Origin: Tubiluchus corallicola
Taxonomy: Eukaryota > Animalia > Priapulida
Assembly: GCA_030141605.1 (NCBI GenBank)
Contig: JAQGDQ010000445.1
Location: 130,478-194,477 of the forward strand
Direction of reading: 5' to 3'
DNA length: 64,000 bases
The notes beneath the pieces were generated by a model, which saw only the letters and a program-made list of their open reading frames with translations, did not search any database and was not told the DNA's origin. The stretch's first letter is position 1. Every line of letters starts with the position of its first letter. Made by a program: the position numbers and the translations under genes. Shown here one piece after another: positions 1 through 12,640 of this stretch.

Positions 1-803
1 GGAATTCGTACGTGTTCAAGGCAAATGTGTTAATTTCTCGCTATTTAGTTTTAGTTTCAAGTGAACCTTAACCATTTTTCCAACACGAAGGAAAGAAATT
101 TAAAGACTAATTTAAAAATTTCACTTCCAAAAAGTCCTCATTTCTTTATCATGTGAAATGCGCTTACATAACCAGACCGTCTTAACATACCTACGCAACC
201 ACTCACAGGAATAAACATGATAATGATTGAAAAAATTAAACATATTTATGTGTCGATACTTACAACAAAATCAGTGTTTAAACATTAAAAAACTTGCTGT
301 AAAGCAAAAATGAATTAACAAAAATTAACAATACAACATGAGTCTTGAAAAAAATATACATAGATTAGCATGGGGTTCCTATGCTCGTGGGACCCCTTCC
401 GTAAAGACGAATTTAAAACTATAAAACCCATAAAATATTGTACGCAAACTTTGGGCTGCCTGGCAGAGTGCCAGCAGTAACTTAAACCGTTTGAAAAGGA
501 TTACACATGTAATAAGCATTGTAGTTTACGTTAATAATGCGACAGGCGCAAAAGCGACAGAAAAAAACCCGAGGGAGTGAAAAACATGAAAACGAGGCGC
601 ACCGAGAAAAAAGAAAACCTCCACAGGCTTCTCGCCAGAATCCATTCATCTTAAAGCTATTTTGAGACGTGTGTAGGCCTACATACACACCAGTCAATCA
701 ATATTGCATGTGCAAAGCTTGGCACTCGTTGCAGCCTTGATCAGGCAGGCAAATACGAGGGTGGGGAAATGATAGGAAAAGTGTGAGAATTTTATAGGGA
801 AAT

Positions 804-1212
<409 letters not shown>

Positions 1213-2369
1213 AAAATAAAAGAACAAAGAAGGGATGAGAAGAAAAATGTGAGTTTCGAAGGAGGTTTTAAAAAGGCAGTGTATGCAAGAGAAACGTTAG
1301 CACTGACCAATCATTTATCCATCCCTTCACACCACCACTACCTTCAAACAACCTCCAGCGACAGCGCACAGTGACGCAGTGAGCCCATCACAAATACCAC
1401 AACAGCTAACAGAAGGTGGTAAAGTGGGTTTGGCAGCTTGAGCCCTTTTGTACCGGCGCTGCATATTAGTTACACCAGTCCATGTAACCCGCACAATGGT
1501 TGCGCAGCTCGAGTTTATACAGACCACAGCTGAGGACAGGACAATATCCACTGCTAATAAACTCCGCCATAATGAAGCTTCCTCATAATCCTTGAGTCGG
1601 GCGTTCATCGATGAAATTAGATTTAGACCCAGGCGTGTAAGCCGACTTAGGCGCAGTTTTAGGTTTAGGGCCTAAAGTATGATCCCTGCAGGATCGATAG
1701 CTCACGTCAGTCAGGTAATAAACACACATGAAACGATAGCCGTAATTTAATAGTTGAGCAATTAATTTATTAGTGCAGGCAGGGAGGAAGCGTTCGTGTC
1801 AGGTTTATTGATTGACTGTGCCTGGCTGATACACGATGCGAGCAAACGCGTTTAATGGCTAAAAAAACGAAAATAACTCATCCATTGAAGCTTTAATTGC
1901 TGAAATAATTAGCCACTATGCCTATTTATAAACGCACGTCGTAAACAAACCCGCAAAGGACTTAATTAACAAGCAATGAATGGTTATATCATGGCAGTTT
2001 GCCAATTCTAGCATCTTACCAAAACATACCGAACGTTTTAAATTATCGCTAGTATTTTACAATTATAAGAAGTCATAAGATTCAAAAATCATTAAGATGT
2101 CTTATACGTCACCATTTTTTACACATTGTATATAAAAAATGAGACAAATAACTAAATTAATTATCCATTAACAAACTAGACAATTTACAGAAACAAAAAA
2201 CTGTAGGTCTCCGCATTTTCCTCATAAACCGAAAAAGTGTAAGAAGTAGTACCAGCATTAGGCTACACAATTCTTTCCGCCAAGAATTTCTGCTTACTAA
2301 TATTACCAAAAAATGAGATGCTTATAGCTTTAGGCTATTTACGTATATCATTTTTACAATCTACTTGCT

Positions 2370-2372
<3 letters not shown>

Positions 2373-2446
<74 letters not shown>

Positions 2447-2456
2447 GATATATAAA

Positions 2457-2507
<51 letters not shown>

Positions 2508-2515
2508 TTATATAT
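2373..2515. repeat. interrupted (TA)n microsatellite
   Basis: Directly visible. Confidence 0.97.
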
Positions 2516-2958
2516 CATTTTTGCTGCTACATCACCACGCCTCCAACAACTTAATAATGTTCTATACATAGGTACGAAATTTCATACTTATTTCATCATA
2601 CATAGGATGATATTTCATGAATACTTTTTCCAGTGAAATTCTCCTGTTTTTAATTTGCTTAACTTAATTTCTCAATGTCTGCATGCGTACTGCGTATTTG
2701 TATGCATATTTTGTGAATTTTGTAAATTTCATTATTATTTGCAATATGTTTATAATTTTAATTTGCTGTTAATGATTGTGCAGTGCGTATTTGTGTGCAT
2801 TTTTATAATTTTTCTGTTCATTTGTATATAGTTCTAATTTAGTTTTAAACTGTGTTAGTTAAAATGTGAAAGGCCTACCAATAATGACACTATTGGTTTT
2901 ATCAATTTTTCATTAACTGTTTTTATACAAATTTTAATATAAATGTGATCCAACTTTA

Positions 2959-3373
2959 GTTAGTTTAAACATAATTTATTATAGGATCGGATCAGACAGT
3001 TTGAACAACATGATTTAGGATCCTCACCACAACAGACTTTATACACTATTTACAAAAACATTTACAGTAAGAATAGACTATAAGTACATAAGCTGACCAA
3101 GTTTTACTACAAGATCACATTAGACATTAGTAGAAAATATAAATGTTAGAAAATATTAATGTACGAATATTTAAAACTGATGCATTTCATATCAGATAGA
3201 AACTACTGGAAGCGTTTAGTACGTAATATAAAGTCATGTATACATTGGAATATTTTACAGTTAGCAACATAGTTAAATTCATCTTTTCCGAATAATAACA
3301 ACTTCAACAGATCATTAGTTCCTAAGGTTTTCGGGCAGAAGTATTTCATGTAATTTATCAAACATAACAACCC
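2959..3373 (-). mobile_element. 5'-truncated LINE (CR1/L2-group) 3' end, family A copy 1, with 15-bp TSD
   Basis: Near-identical to 34298-34841 and 44273-44812. Flanked by TGTGATCCAACTTTA at 2944-2958 and 3374-3388. Confidence 0.9.
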
Positions 3374-3689
3374 TGTGATCCAACTTTATGTTTGCATTGT
3401 ATGTAACCTTTTAGCATGAAAGAATACTAACAAAAATCATAAAAACGTTTTGTACGAAGTTCTAGCTCGAGTGTCGTCTCACTGGTGGTATTTTTCGAAT
3501 CAGCGGTTCGGAATAAACGAAAAGCAAAAAAAACATTCATTCTGTGTCGTTTATTTTTGCAAAACATGCTGAAAAGTTTCTGAACCTAAAGGATTATGCA
3601 CAACGATTAGACAAATTCAAAATATTTACGTTTAAAAAATAAAATAATAACTTCGTAACTTCCTTGCTGCTAAAGCTTCTTATCACATA

Positions 3690-4345
3690 TTTTTGAGACT
3701 TACCCAAAATTCCGTTTGAGCTGCATACATTACAAATTGACGCTGGTCGATACCAGTGAAACACTTCACAGAATGGGAGCACGGAAGATGAATTTTGCTT
3801 TAGTATGCAATGCAATGTTTGTTGTCAAGAAAGGACTGCGTTCTTAAATCAAATATCAGATATCTTTCCAGAATTCTCATCCAGGTGCGATATTGATAAG
3901 TTTCTATTTTTAAACAAAAGTGGAGATGTGGAAGTTTTCCAGAATTCTCATCCACGTGTGATATTGATAGTCCATATTTTTAAACAAAGGTGGAGATGTG
4001 GAAGTTTTCCAGAATTCTCATCCATGTGTGATATTGATAAGTTCATATTTTTAAACAAAAGTGGAGATGTGAAAGTTAAGAAATTGTTGACTATGTGCAG
4101 AAAATTTCAACAAAACGTGATTCTAAATTAAGAGGTACGAATTGATTTTTATAGATAAGATTTAATGTATTCAATCAGCACTGTGATATATATGTAGATG
4201 TGTTTGTTATAAATTATGGTATTTTTTAATCAACTTCGCTTAAAAAGAGCCCTGTATTTGTAGGGACGTGTTCTTATATGCATTGCTTTTTTAAACATGT
4301 GATTTGTTAATTGTATTCGTGTTCATGTTTTGTAAAATAAAGCGT
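3690..4345 (+). mobile_element. decayed LINE ORF2 C-terminus and 3' UTR (RTE-X/CR1-like), with an internal ~70-bp triplication at 3866-4075
   Basis: Frameshifted KFRLS-C-HTLQIDAGRY, then EDEF, resembling the KFRLSxHxLxIExGRY...EDExH motif. Ends in an AATAAA-rich tail. Confidence 0.65.
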
Positions 4346-5601
4346 TTATTAATATTATATCTGTAGGCCTAGGCTAGTAATTCAATTCAATTCAATCAAT
4401 TTTTTCCTCAACATTCGTTTCACATTACAATATACAGAAGTAGCGAATTTCAATAATGCTTGAGAAAGAGCAGCCCAAGACCCATTGGTCAATAACTCAG
4501 CTGCTCTTTTTTAATAGCAGAATTTTTTCTTAATAGGCGCAAATTTTGTGTAATAAGATTGACCAATTTAGTTTTTGAAAGGAAACTGGTTAAATTGTTT
4601 GCACTAAAGATGCTTGGTTTTACCAGAAATTACTAATCCAATAACAATCAAAAAAGTGCATACAGAAATGAAATGGTACACGATTACATGTTATTTTACT
4701 TGTGGCAGTACTTACTTCATATGGTTTTATTCACGCGCCTGAAAACAAAAGCGCCAAGAGCACCTAGCGTCCCTTCAATCGAACCACAAACAGCTTTATC
4801 GCCCCGTAAAGATAATAAGCAATTTGGCGGTGCGTTTGTGCTGCTAAATTTACAGCACGTGCCAGTCACATACCTGTATAGAAGGAGAGTGAAACGAAAG
4901 GCAGCAGCAAGTAACTGGAATTGATTTTCATCTGTGTGTCTCTAGCGCGCGCTGCGCTTTGTTGTTACGCAGTGCGCTAGAACGTATGGCCGCTTTTAAT
5001 TCCCGCGCGCGAGTCGTTTGTTGTTGTGTGTGGGGGCTGAAGGGTTAAAAACTGCGGGGTTTTTTTTACCAGTGTTTTTGGGTAGAACAGCGCACGTTTA
5101 CAAAGCCCGCTTATGACGTAATGAAACGACGAAAACGTGATAACTTTGTTACTTTATACAGCAGAGTAGAGAGATAATGAAAAAGACGTTGATAATGGCA
5201 TGGAGCTGGATCGACATGCGGCTCAATTTCAAGATTCTGATTTTATGATTTTAAAGTGTGCCTTTAAAACCACGAAAGAAAAAAGCAACAATAACAATGA
5301 AAACAGATAAAAAAATGCGATACACGATTCAACAGAACAATGACTCTCTTCTAAGAGGCACAAGGATCAAATAAATTTAAACTTATTCGGGTTTTTTATG
5401 ACCAAGGTACATTGTTTACAACCAAAAGAAGCTAGACAGGTACAGGCTAGATAGGTTTTCGACTACCAGAACAGGGCGTAATAATCGAGTTAAATTAGCT
5501 AAGTGTTATTTGCTTCACTAAATAAAGAATTATGAATTTTCTAAAAAAAAAACAGCACATAAACAAGTATGACAGTATCTCCATTCAGAATAGTGCAGTT
5601 C

Positions 5602-6503
5602 GAATGTAGGTAAAATTGGCACACGTAAAAATGGCACAGGAAAAATGGCACACTTACCAAAACATGTGTTTAGGGATAGAGTTACAGTGGGGGGAGGGGG
5701 TAATTATTTTAGTTATCTTTACCTCTGCCAAGGAAGTTAGGCTTCAACACAGTTTGTTTGTTCGTTTTCTGTTTGTCTGGTTGTTTTTGCCTCTAGTATG
5801 GCAGTCAACCTATTACGCATAAACTACCTAACAGATTTCCAAGAAACTTTGTGAAGAAAGGTGGGTATGGAGTGCCAAAATGGGAATCTTCCCGCCGATT
5901 CTTTTTTCACAAAAAACATTTGTTAAGCACTTCGAGGAAGTCTCAGAGGGAGTGTTTTACTGTGCTTAGTGCCTTTTTGTTATCCTTATCTGGACAAACA
6001 TCTACGAGTTAGTTCCAGTTCCATTTCGAAAAATTCTCTAGCTTGTAAAACTGTGTAACGCTGTTATAAAACCTTTGCTTATTAATGTGTATAGCCTTAT
6101 AAGGTGGCTTGGCACGTATATATTTGTTAATGCTTAAAAGTTAGATAAACACCATGTGGAACATTCGTGCATTATTGATTATAAATCTATTTAACGAACA
6201 AATATTTTGTGAGTCTCTTGCTAGTCTACATAATGCCAATACAGGTACATGTTTGCTTGTTTATTTTTGTGTTAAGTTTCTTTTGGATTGCTCGGATTTG
6301 ATAGAGATCTGGTTCCCACTAAGAACAGTCTAGTTTTATTACAGAAATCAGCTGTATCGAAATAACATTATGTGCCATTTTTCCTACTTTTCCATTCGTG
6401 CAATTTTTTCCTGGTTTTCCATTCGTGCCATTTTTTCCTGTGCCAAATTATACGTACTTTTCCACTTGTGCCATTTTTACCTGTGCCGTTTTTACCGCGC
6501 ACC
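5602..6503. mobile_element. non-autonomous DNA element with inverted arrays of ~15-bp subterminal repeats (GGTAAAAATGGCACA-like)
   Basis: Three AAAAATGGCAC-type units at 5609-5653 and about six reverse-complement GTGCCATTTTT-type units at 6372-6497. Confidence 0.75.
5719..5980 (+). mobile_element. Helentron-associated non-autonomous element (HINE/DINE-1-like), nested in the element above
   Basis: Starts TTACCTCTGCCAAGGAAGTTA (cf. the TACCTCCGCCAAGGAGGTTATG HINE 5' end, recalled). Has a GTTT/GTCT microsatellite, GATTTCCAAGAAACTT and a 3' CAGAGG...AGTGC end. Confidence 0.5.
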
Positions 6504-7459
6504 AGGCAGCACAACTTGGTTTTCGATCACTAATACACGGGATAACAAAATTACAAAAATTAGCGAAGTGTCATTCCCTAAATACAGCATTATAAGTTTC
6601 CTAAAGATCAGCACGTGTACAAGTATGTAACTCCACAGTCAGAAGAGTGCAGTTCGATACTCTTTCTATCACTTCATTTCTCATTACATACTCTTTTTTT
6701 ATTAAACACTGCACTTCGATAAACTGCATTCATAAAGTTTAAATTAAAGCATAATAAAATCAAATTTACAAATTTAAAACTCTAGTAGTAAATTCTGAGT
6801 TAAACTAAAAAGACAGAAGTAAATCTTTTACTTATTTGCTTTCTTAGGTGTCAAATATTTACTAATCTGATTGCCTAGAAGTCTGTCTCTACATGTGGTT
6901 AAATTTTATCTTAATAAAGCAGTACTTCTTATCAATAAACAGCGGTGACTGGAGATGCGTGATTTATTCTTACTTTGTAAGAATTTCTAGAATAAGAACC
7001 CAACACGATCTAACATTCGTTAAATAAGCTCTTATACTATTCAAAAAATCAAAATTTAAACGCCAAAAAGTTTGTTTTAACATAAAATACATGGCAGTCA
7101 CGATAAAGCAAACCTGTAGCTTTTTTAATTCCACAAAAATGCGTAAAATTGTTATTGCGTTTCGTCCCGAGTTTCCAATTCTTTCTCCAACATCAAACAC
7201 TTGGTAATTGCTCGCATGCTCTTGTTATGACGAATATAAACCCATAAGCTTAAATCAGAACTCCACGGTGGGTTTTCCTTCGCGGCTTTTGACCACAATT
7301 TAAGTAAATAAGTGGCAATGAACGCACGCACCGAAACGAGGCCATTCTACAGTCTATAATAGCTGCATAAATACGTGCTGCATATGACAGCTAATGTTTT
7401 ACCAATGAAATATCCTTATCCACTGTTTCAGTGGTTCAAAGAGAAATTGATACACTTAC

Positions 7460-7632
7460 CACTGCTGCCGAACGGAGGAGTAACGATCGAAAACGTTAGT
7501 CAAATAATTTAGAATGGTCGTTTTTGTTTAGTGCTTGGAATTGTAAAGTGAATTGTCTTTACAAAGGTAATTTTTATGGTGTACAAGTCAGATGAAAGCA
7601 CTTCAAAAACAATGGCACTCATCACTCGTGAA
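7460..7632 (-). other. candidate non-coding (5'UTR/lncRNA) internal exon
   Basis: Minus strand: CCTAAC branch-like site about 30 nt upstream, CATCCCTTTTCAG acceptor, GTG|GTAAGT donor. Stops in all three frames. Confidence 0.5.
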
Positions 7633-7683
7633 CTGAAAAGGGATGACCAGTGTTGTTCACGTTAGGACCAATGCGTTAGATGG

Positions 7684-8145
7684 TTAGACACTGGAAACAA
7701 TGGTGATTGAAAAATCAAAACAAATACGTCGACGTGGAAGACTTAATTCAGTTGTGCAACAATGAAGTTCAAAGTACAAACAATTAAATCTTATTCCAAA
7801 AACAATGCGTGCGTTTATAAAAAAAACAATGGAATGGCAAATCAAATCAAACACACATGAACATTCTATTATCTTCAAATGGAATTATCCAACAATGATT
7901 ATTTCCAAGTAATTTACATTTTAATAACTTATGCATTAATTTCCATAAATTTATAAATTGCACAAATGCATAAATTAATAAATTGATGTCAATGATCCAC
8001 CGTTTGACTGCCCACTTTTTTGACATACATTGCTTTTTGAATAAGCCTCAACTGTACTCTCTGCAGCTCACTGTTGCACAACGGACTCTTGTTTTTCCAC
8101 TTAGACGAATTTGTTTTGATTTTTCAATCGCCATTGTTTCCCTAA
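7684..8145. mobile_element. foldback/MITE-like element with ~95-bp imperfect inverted arms
   Basis: GGAAACAATGGTGATTGAAAAATCAAAACAAAT at about 7693-7725 is mirrored by ATTTGTTTTGATTTTTCAATCGCCATTGTTTCC at about 8109-8141. GTTGTGCAACA is also mirrored. Confidence 0.75.
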
Positions 8146-9214
8146 CTACGTCTCTGATACACTCGAGTACACGAACAAGATCGACTACTTATTACTGACT
8201 TTAAAACTCCAACTTGATTTAAAATTTGCTTTTTGCTTACCTCTCAACTTCTGATTATTACTGTAATTATTTTTACTGTACAGATTGTTGTAATTTTCTA
8301 AATTTCCATGATAAAAGTACAGTATACTTACTATCAATGCACTATGTGTGCCCGTGGGTAATTAATGTGCAATAATTGGATAAATAAAAAACCAAAGGTT
8401 ATCTGACGTTCCATAACATACAAACGAACATATTTACAAACTGATAAAAAATCATGTAGCATTTCACCGTGAAATCACAAATGCGCATCATAAAACCACC
8501 TCCCTGCAACCTACTTACACCTCAAGCCTTTAGGAGCGCCCTGTAGAGAGCTTAAAAAGGTGCCACTACTGCTCAATCATGCAGTGGTAATTGAAAAACT
8601 CCCCTTCACCACAGCCGAAGAAACACCTATTCGCTTGTGGTAGCAGCCTGTAGGTAATAGGTAGCTGCCATAATTTATGGCTTGTGGTTTTGACATCTTT
8701 AACCAGCCTCTTATGTACAGCGATGAATAATACAGTAGCTATACGACACTGCTGAGCTGTGAGCCTTGTACAGTAGGTACCATCGTAATATCAACGTGGA
8801 TTCATTCCAACATTATACAATCAAAAATGTCTATATTCATTACTGGCGGGGTTGCTATAGCAACAGGTCAACTTCCTGCACGTTGTTGTGGTCTATGCTG
8901 ATGTTGTTGAAGTCTATAAAGGAGGATTTCCACTCTCATCTAATTTTCCAAATTAAATTTGATTCAGAGAATTCAACAAAACTGGGAAATCTCACAATTC
9001 TGCAAAATTACTTCATTTAATTCCTTCAATTAAAATAATTAACACCGTTCCTGTTTCTTTTGTATTCTCTTCTTTCTTCTGTATAGATCATTTTCTTTGT
9101 TTTTCTTTCCTTAGTCATTTATTGCTGCTCTCTTATTTCCACAAGCTTTCCCTCAGTTTCACGTTCTTCCAATATACTGTGCGAAGATTCACTGGACTTA
9201 AACAGGAGGAAAAG

Positions 9215-9715
9215 CGAATTTTAAAAGTACTGTATATATGCCAAGAACTTTCCATTACTTAGCATAACGCCTACCTGCTTGAAATAATTATGTAATTGAA
9301 AAAGAAAATTCTTACTAATTTAAGATATTCACGCCACCTGGTAAAACAGCAGGGCATCGCCATCCCAGTGTGCACTACTCATTCACCAAAACACATTATT
9401 GATCTTACTGACAACAATAAAGTAATTTATACGTTCGCTTAGTTTGTGAAGAGTGTGCTGCAATTGTTCTGACTATTTTTCCAAATTTCACACTATGTCA
9501 TTTAAACTTGTTTCAAACGATTTGCCGTTAAAATGGCTGTACCTATAATGGTTATCCAAAAAGTTTAAATTAACAAGTTCTATACAACTTTTTAACGCAA
9601 TCCCGTATGCAATTAGCCAGCATGTATAAGTGATATACAAATTTCATTACGAATTTTTAAGATTTATTAATGAAGAATGCTTTCTTGTATTTTATTAAAC
9701 AAAGAACCTCTTTTC
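9215..9715 (-). mobile_element. Kolobok-like MITE family D, degenerate copy
   Basis: Collinear with 58770-59187 (GTGCACTACT..., CTCTGAxTATTTTT, AAAATGGCTG, GTGxTATxxAATTTCA). Confidence 0.7.
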
Positions 9716-10985
9716 CTTATAGCCTGAGCAGGAACTCATAATGACTGATGGTAATTCAGTAATTGAAGTTACACAACAATAATTTGTCTCACGCTACAGC
9801 CACAATACCTACAAACATGAGAGCCAAATAAGGAAGCTAAAAATCCAATATTCAGCCGTGGATATAATAAATGTGTCACGTGATCAACAAGAATATAATG
9901 AAAACATATGAGAGAATCTGTCACGCCACATCCAACGGCAGACCTTAAGTGCACTTAAATAGTTGTGGCGGGACAGACACCTATCAAACTATTTTGGCTG
10001 AACCTGCAAAGGGAATACTGAACTCGCAGAACTGCCTTGTCGTAAGGTCGACTCTCTATACCACTATAGGCAAACTAGGAAGCAAAATCCTGAACGTAAT
10101 ATTTTAACTAATAGAAACAATTATTTGCGCTATTTTTCTGCTAAATTAAATCATGCAAGGCTGCTAACACGGAGCTCTCTTCTCTCAGCAAAACACTTTC
10201 TATACTTTTGCCTTAACTGACTTTCTAAAATTTCTATCAACAAAATTACGTAACCGTGTTAACTGCAGCAGATTGTCCTGTTAATACAAAGTTTCTTGCA
10301 AAAGCGTTTAATGAATACGATAGAAAAAGTGATAAGAGTCGAAACTTGTACAGGAAACCAAAGACAAAAAAAACGTCGGACGAAAAAACCCAAAAAAGTG
10401 TCTGCTAATGAAATATTTGCAGTCAGATCAGATTTATGGTTGTGAAGAAAATGAAACTAGAAACTAGAAACTAGAAAATGATTACACACGAAAAAGAGAA
10501 GTTATAAGGTTTCAAAACTGTTCTGATGAACATGCAGAGTTAAGCACGGTAGGCAAAAACAGGTACACGAACAGTTTCCATCTGAAACTGCAGAATTTTT
10601 TATTGCTCCTCAAGACTCGGGATGCAGAATGGTGTCACAAGTTGAATTTCGAATGAAATCAGCACAAGATGTAGATATACAATTAACTATACTTAATTAG
10701 TACATTATAATACATTGTATGAATAAGCTTAACAGAAAGGATAACTGGCGCTAAAAATACTTTTTTGCGTAGGGTGTGAACTACCTATTTTACCAGGCCA
10801 AGACCTACCCATGGACATCAAAATACAGTTTCGTCTCTATGGCAGATCTTGCGTCGATTAGTATGACCTATTTCAGTTTGTAAAAATTAGATTTCCTGAA
10901 CTTAGGATGACGGATAAACTAGCTAAGACTTCAGTAACAGCAAAGACTTCATTCACGTTATACATTAGCAGTAGCATACAAGCAA

Positions 10986-11291
10986 TTTACTGTCACTAGT
11001 GCTGTGTTTTTGAACTATCTATCTTTGTAACTATATTGTTGATAACCTGTTGTATACATCTGTTCTCAACAAAAATGTATTTGTTGCTTTACTGTCATTA
11101 GTGCTGTGTTTTTGAACTATCTATCTATGTAACTATATTGTTGATAACTTGTTGTATACATCTGTTCTCAAATAAAATGTATTTGTTGCTTTACTGTCAT
11201 TAGTGCTGTGTTTTTGAACTATCTATCTATGTAACTATATTGTTGAAAACTTGTTGTATACATCTATTCTCAACTAAAATGTATTTGTTGC
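10986..11291. repeat. 102-bp tandem repeat x3
   Basis: Units start at 10986, 11088 and 11190 (TTTACTGTCA...ATGTATTTGTTGC). Confidence 0.95.
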
Positions 11292-11455
11292 GCAGTGGAA
11301 AAACTCCGATTAGTAATATCACGGTATGAAAATCCACTTAAAATAAATAAAGTCCATATATATATATGTAAAGAAATGCGCCCGGAGGTAGCCGTCATTC
11401 ATTAGAAAATTATGACGTAACTGGTGAACTCCGTGATTATTCGTAAGCGCATCGT
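11265..11455. mobile_element. interspersed repeat family F
   Basis: Reverse complement of 51585-51770. A partial copy lies at about 43300-43395. Confidence 0.85.
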
Positions 11456-12351
11456 AGCTTATACGTATAATACGTATATACATGCATATATTATACTGTA
11501 TATAATAAAATTTGTGCGGTTTTACGCTCTACAAAAGAAAATTAACGCTAATAGATTCAAGATTCAATTAGTTGTCGGAATATATGACTAGCATAATTGG
11601 TAATCTTCAAACGTTTACGTGAAATAAATGCAGACTTAAAAAAAATGCTTGCCGAATAAAAAAAACATCAATTTTTGCATGATTCAGGTTCATCGCATGC
11701 CAGCTCTATTCATGCCTTTCTGAGTGGTATATTTTTTAAATTTCACTGGATTACAAATTCTCCCTGCACGTTCTACGCAAATTTCTTTCGTGCTGGCGTT
11801 CATCGCAAACGTTCATCGTTTAAGCGTCAGTCACGAATCGGCGATGTTTTCTCAAACAGCCTCTCTATAAACATTCCAATATGGCGGCCGCCTATACACA
11901 CGCCGGGCACATCTGAGAAGAGATTTACACGTCTTATAAACACTCACAAACAAACTCGAGAAAGCGCATAGAGGAACTAAATGCGTCGAGCGCATAAGAG
12001 AGCGTACTTTTAAGCAAACTTAGTATTTATACGTACCGTGGTTGAATCAGTTTAATGAACTCGAATCATTTCCTTTCTTATCAGCAAGATTATCGTCCAA
12101 AATAAAATTCTAACACACGAATTGTACCCATGCAGTCTCAGCTCAGACTAGCGATAAAATGTAGTCTGTACCACGTGTCTGTGGGGGTGTGGGGGGGGGG
12201 GGGGGGGTCGGCACATCCATGTTTTTAAGCAATTAATCTTAAGCAACTTTTTAAGCAACTAACAATTAATAGTTAAAAATATTGTACACATGTAATAAAA
12301 GACGCTTAAGCAGACATTATTCAGCTGTCAACAGTAATCTAGTTGTTCCAT

Positions 12352-12514
<163 letters not shown>

Positions 12515-12530
12515 TTCCCATCATTACTTC

Positions 12531-12640
12531 AGTCTGGGAGGTCATGAGTTCGATACAGCAGCAGAGTCATATCAAAGACTTTAAAAATGGTGCCTGTTGT
12601 TGCCCTGCCTGGCACGTGGTATTTAGGGTAAAAGTGGGGC
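12531..12640 (+). mobile_element. tRNA-derived SINE fragment with Meta-domain-like core
   Basis: B-box GAGTTCGATAC (12546-12556) followed by GAGTCATATCAAAGACTTTAAAAATGGTGCCTGTTGTTGCCCTGCCTGGCAC, resembling the MetaSINE core as recalled. Confidence 0.65.

Noticed and set aside
5030-5048. GGGGCTGAAGGG-TTAA, a piggyBac-like right end
   Set aside because: No matching left end found nearby.
8507-8524. CAACCTACTTACACCTCA, resembling the let-7 reverse complement
   Set aside because: A 3-nt insertion breaks the seed, and there is no precursor hairpin; likely chance.
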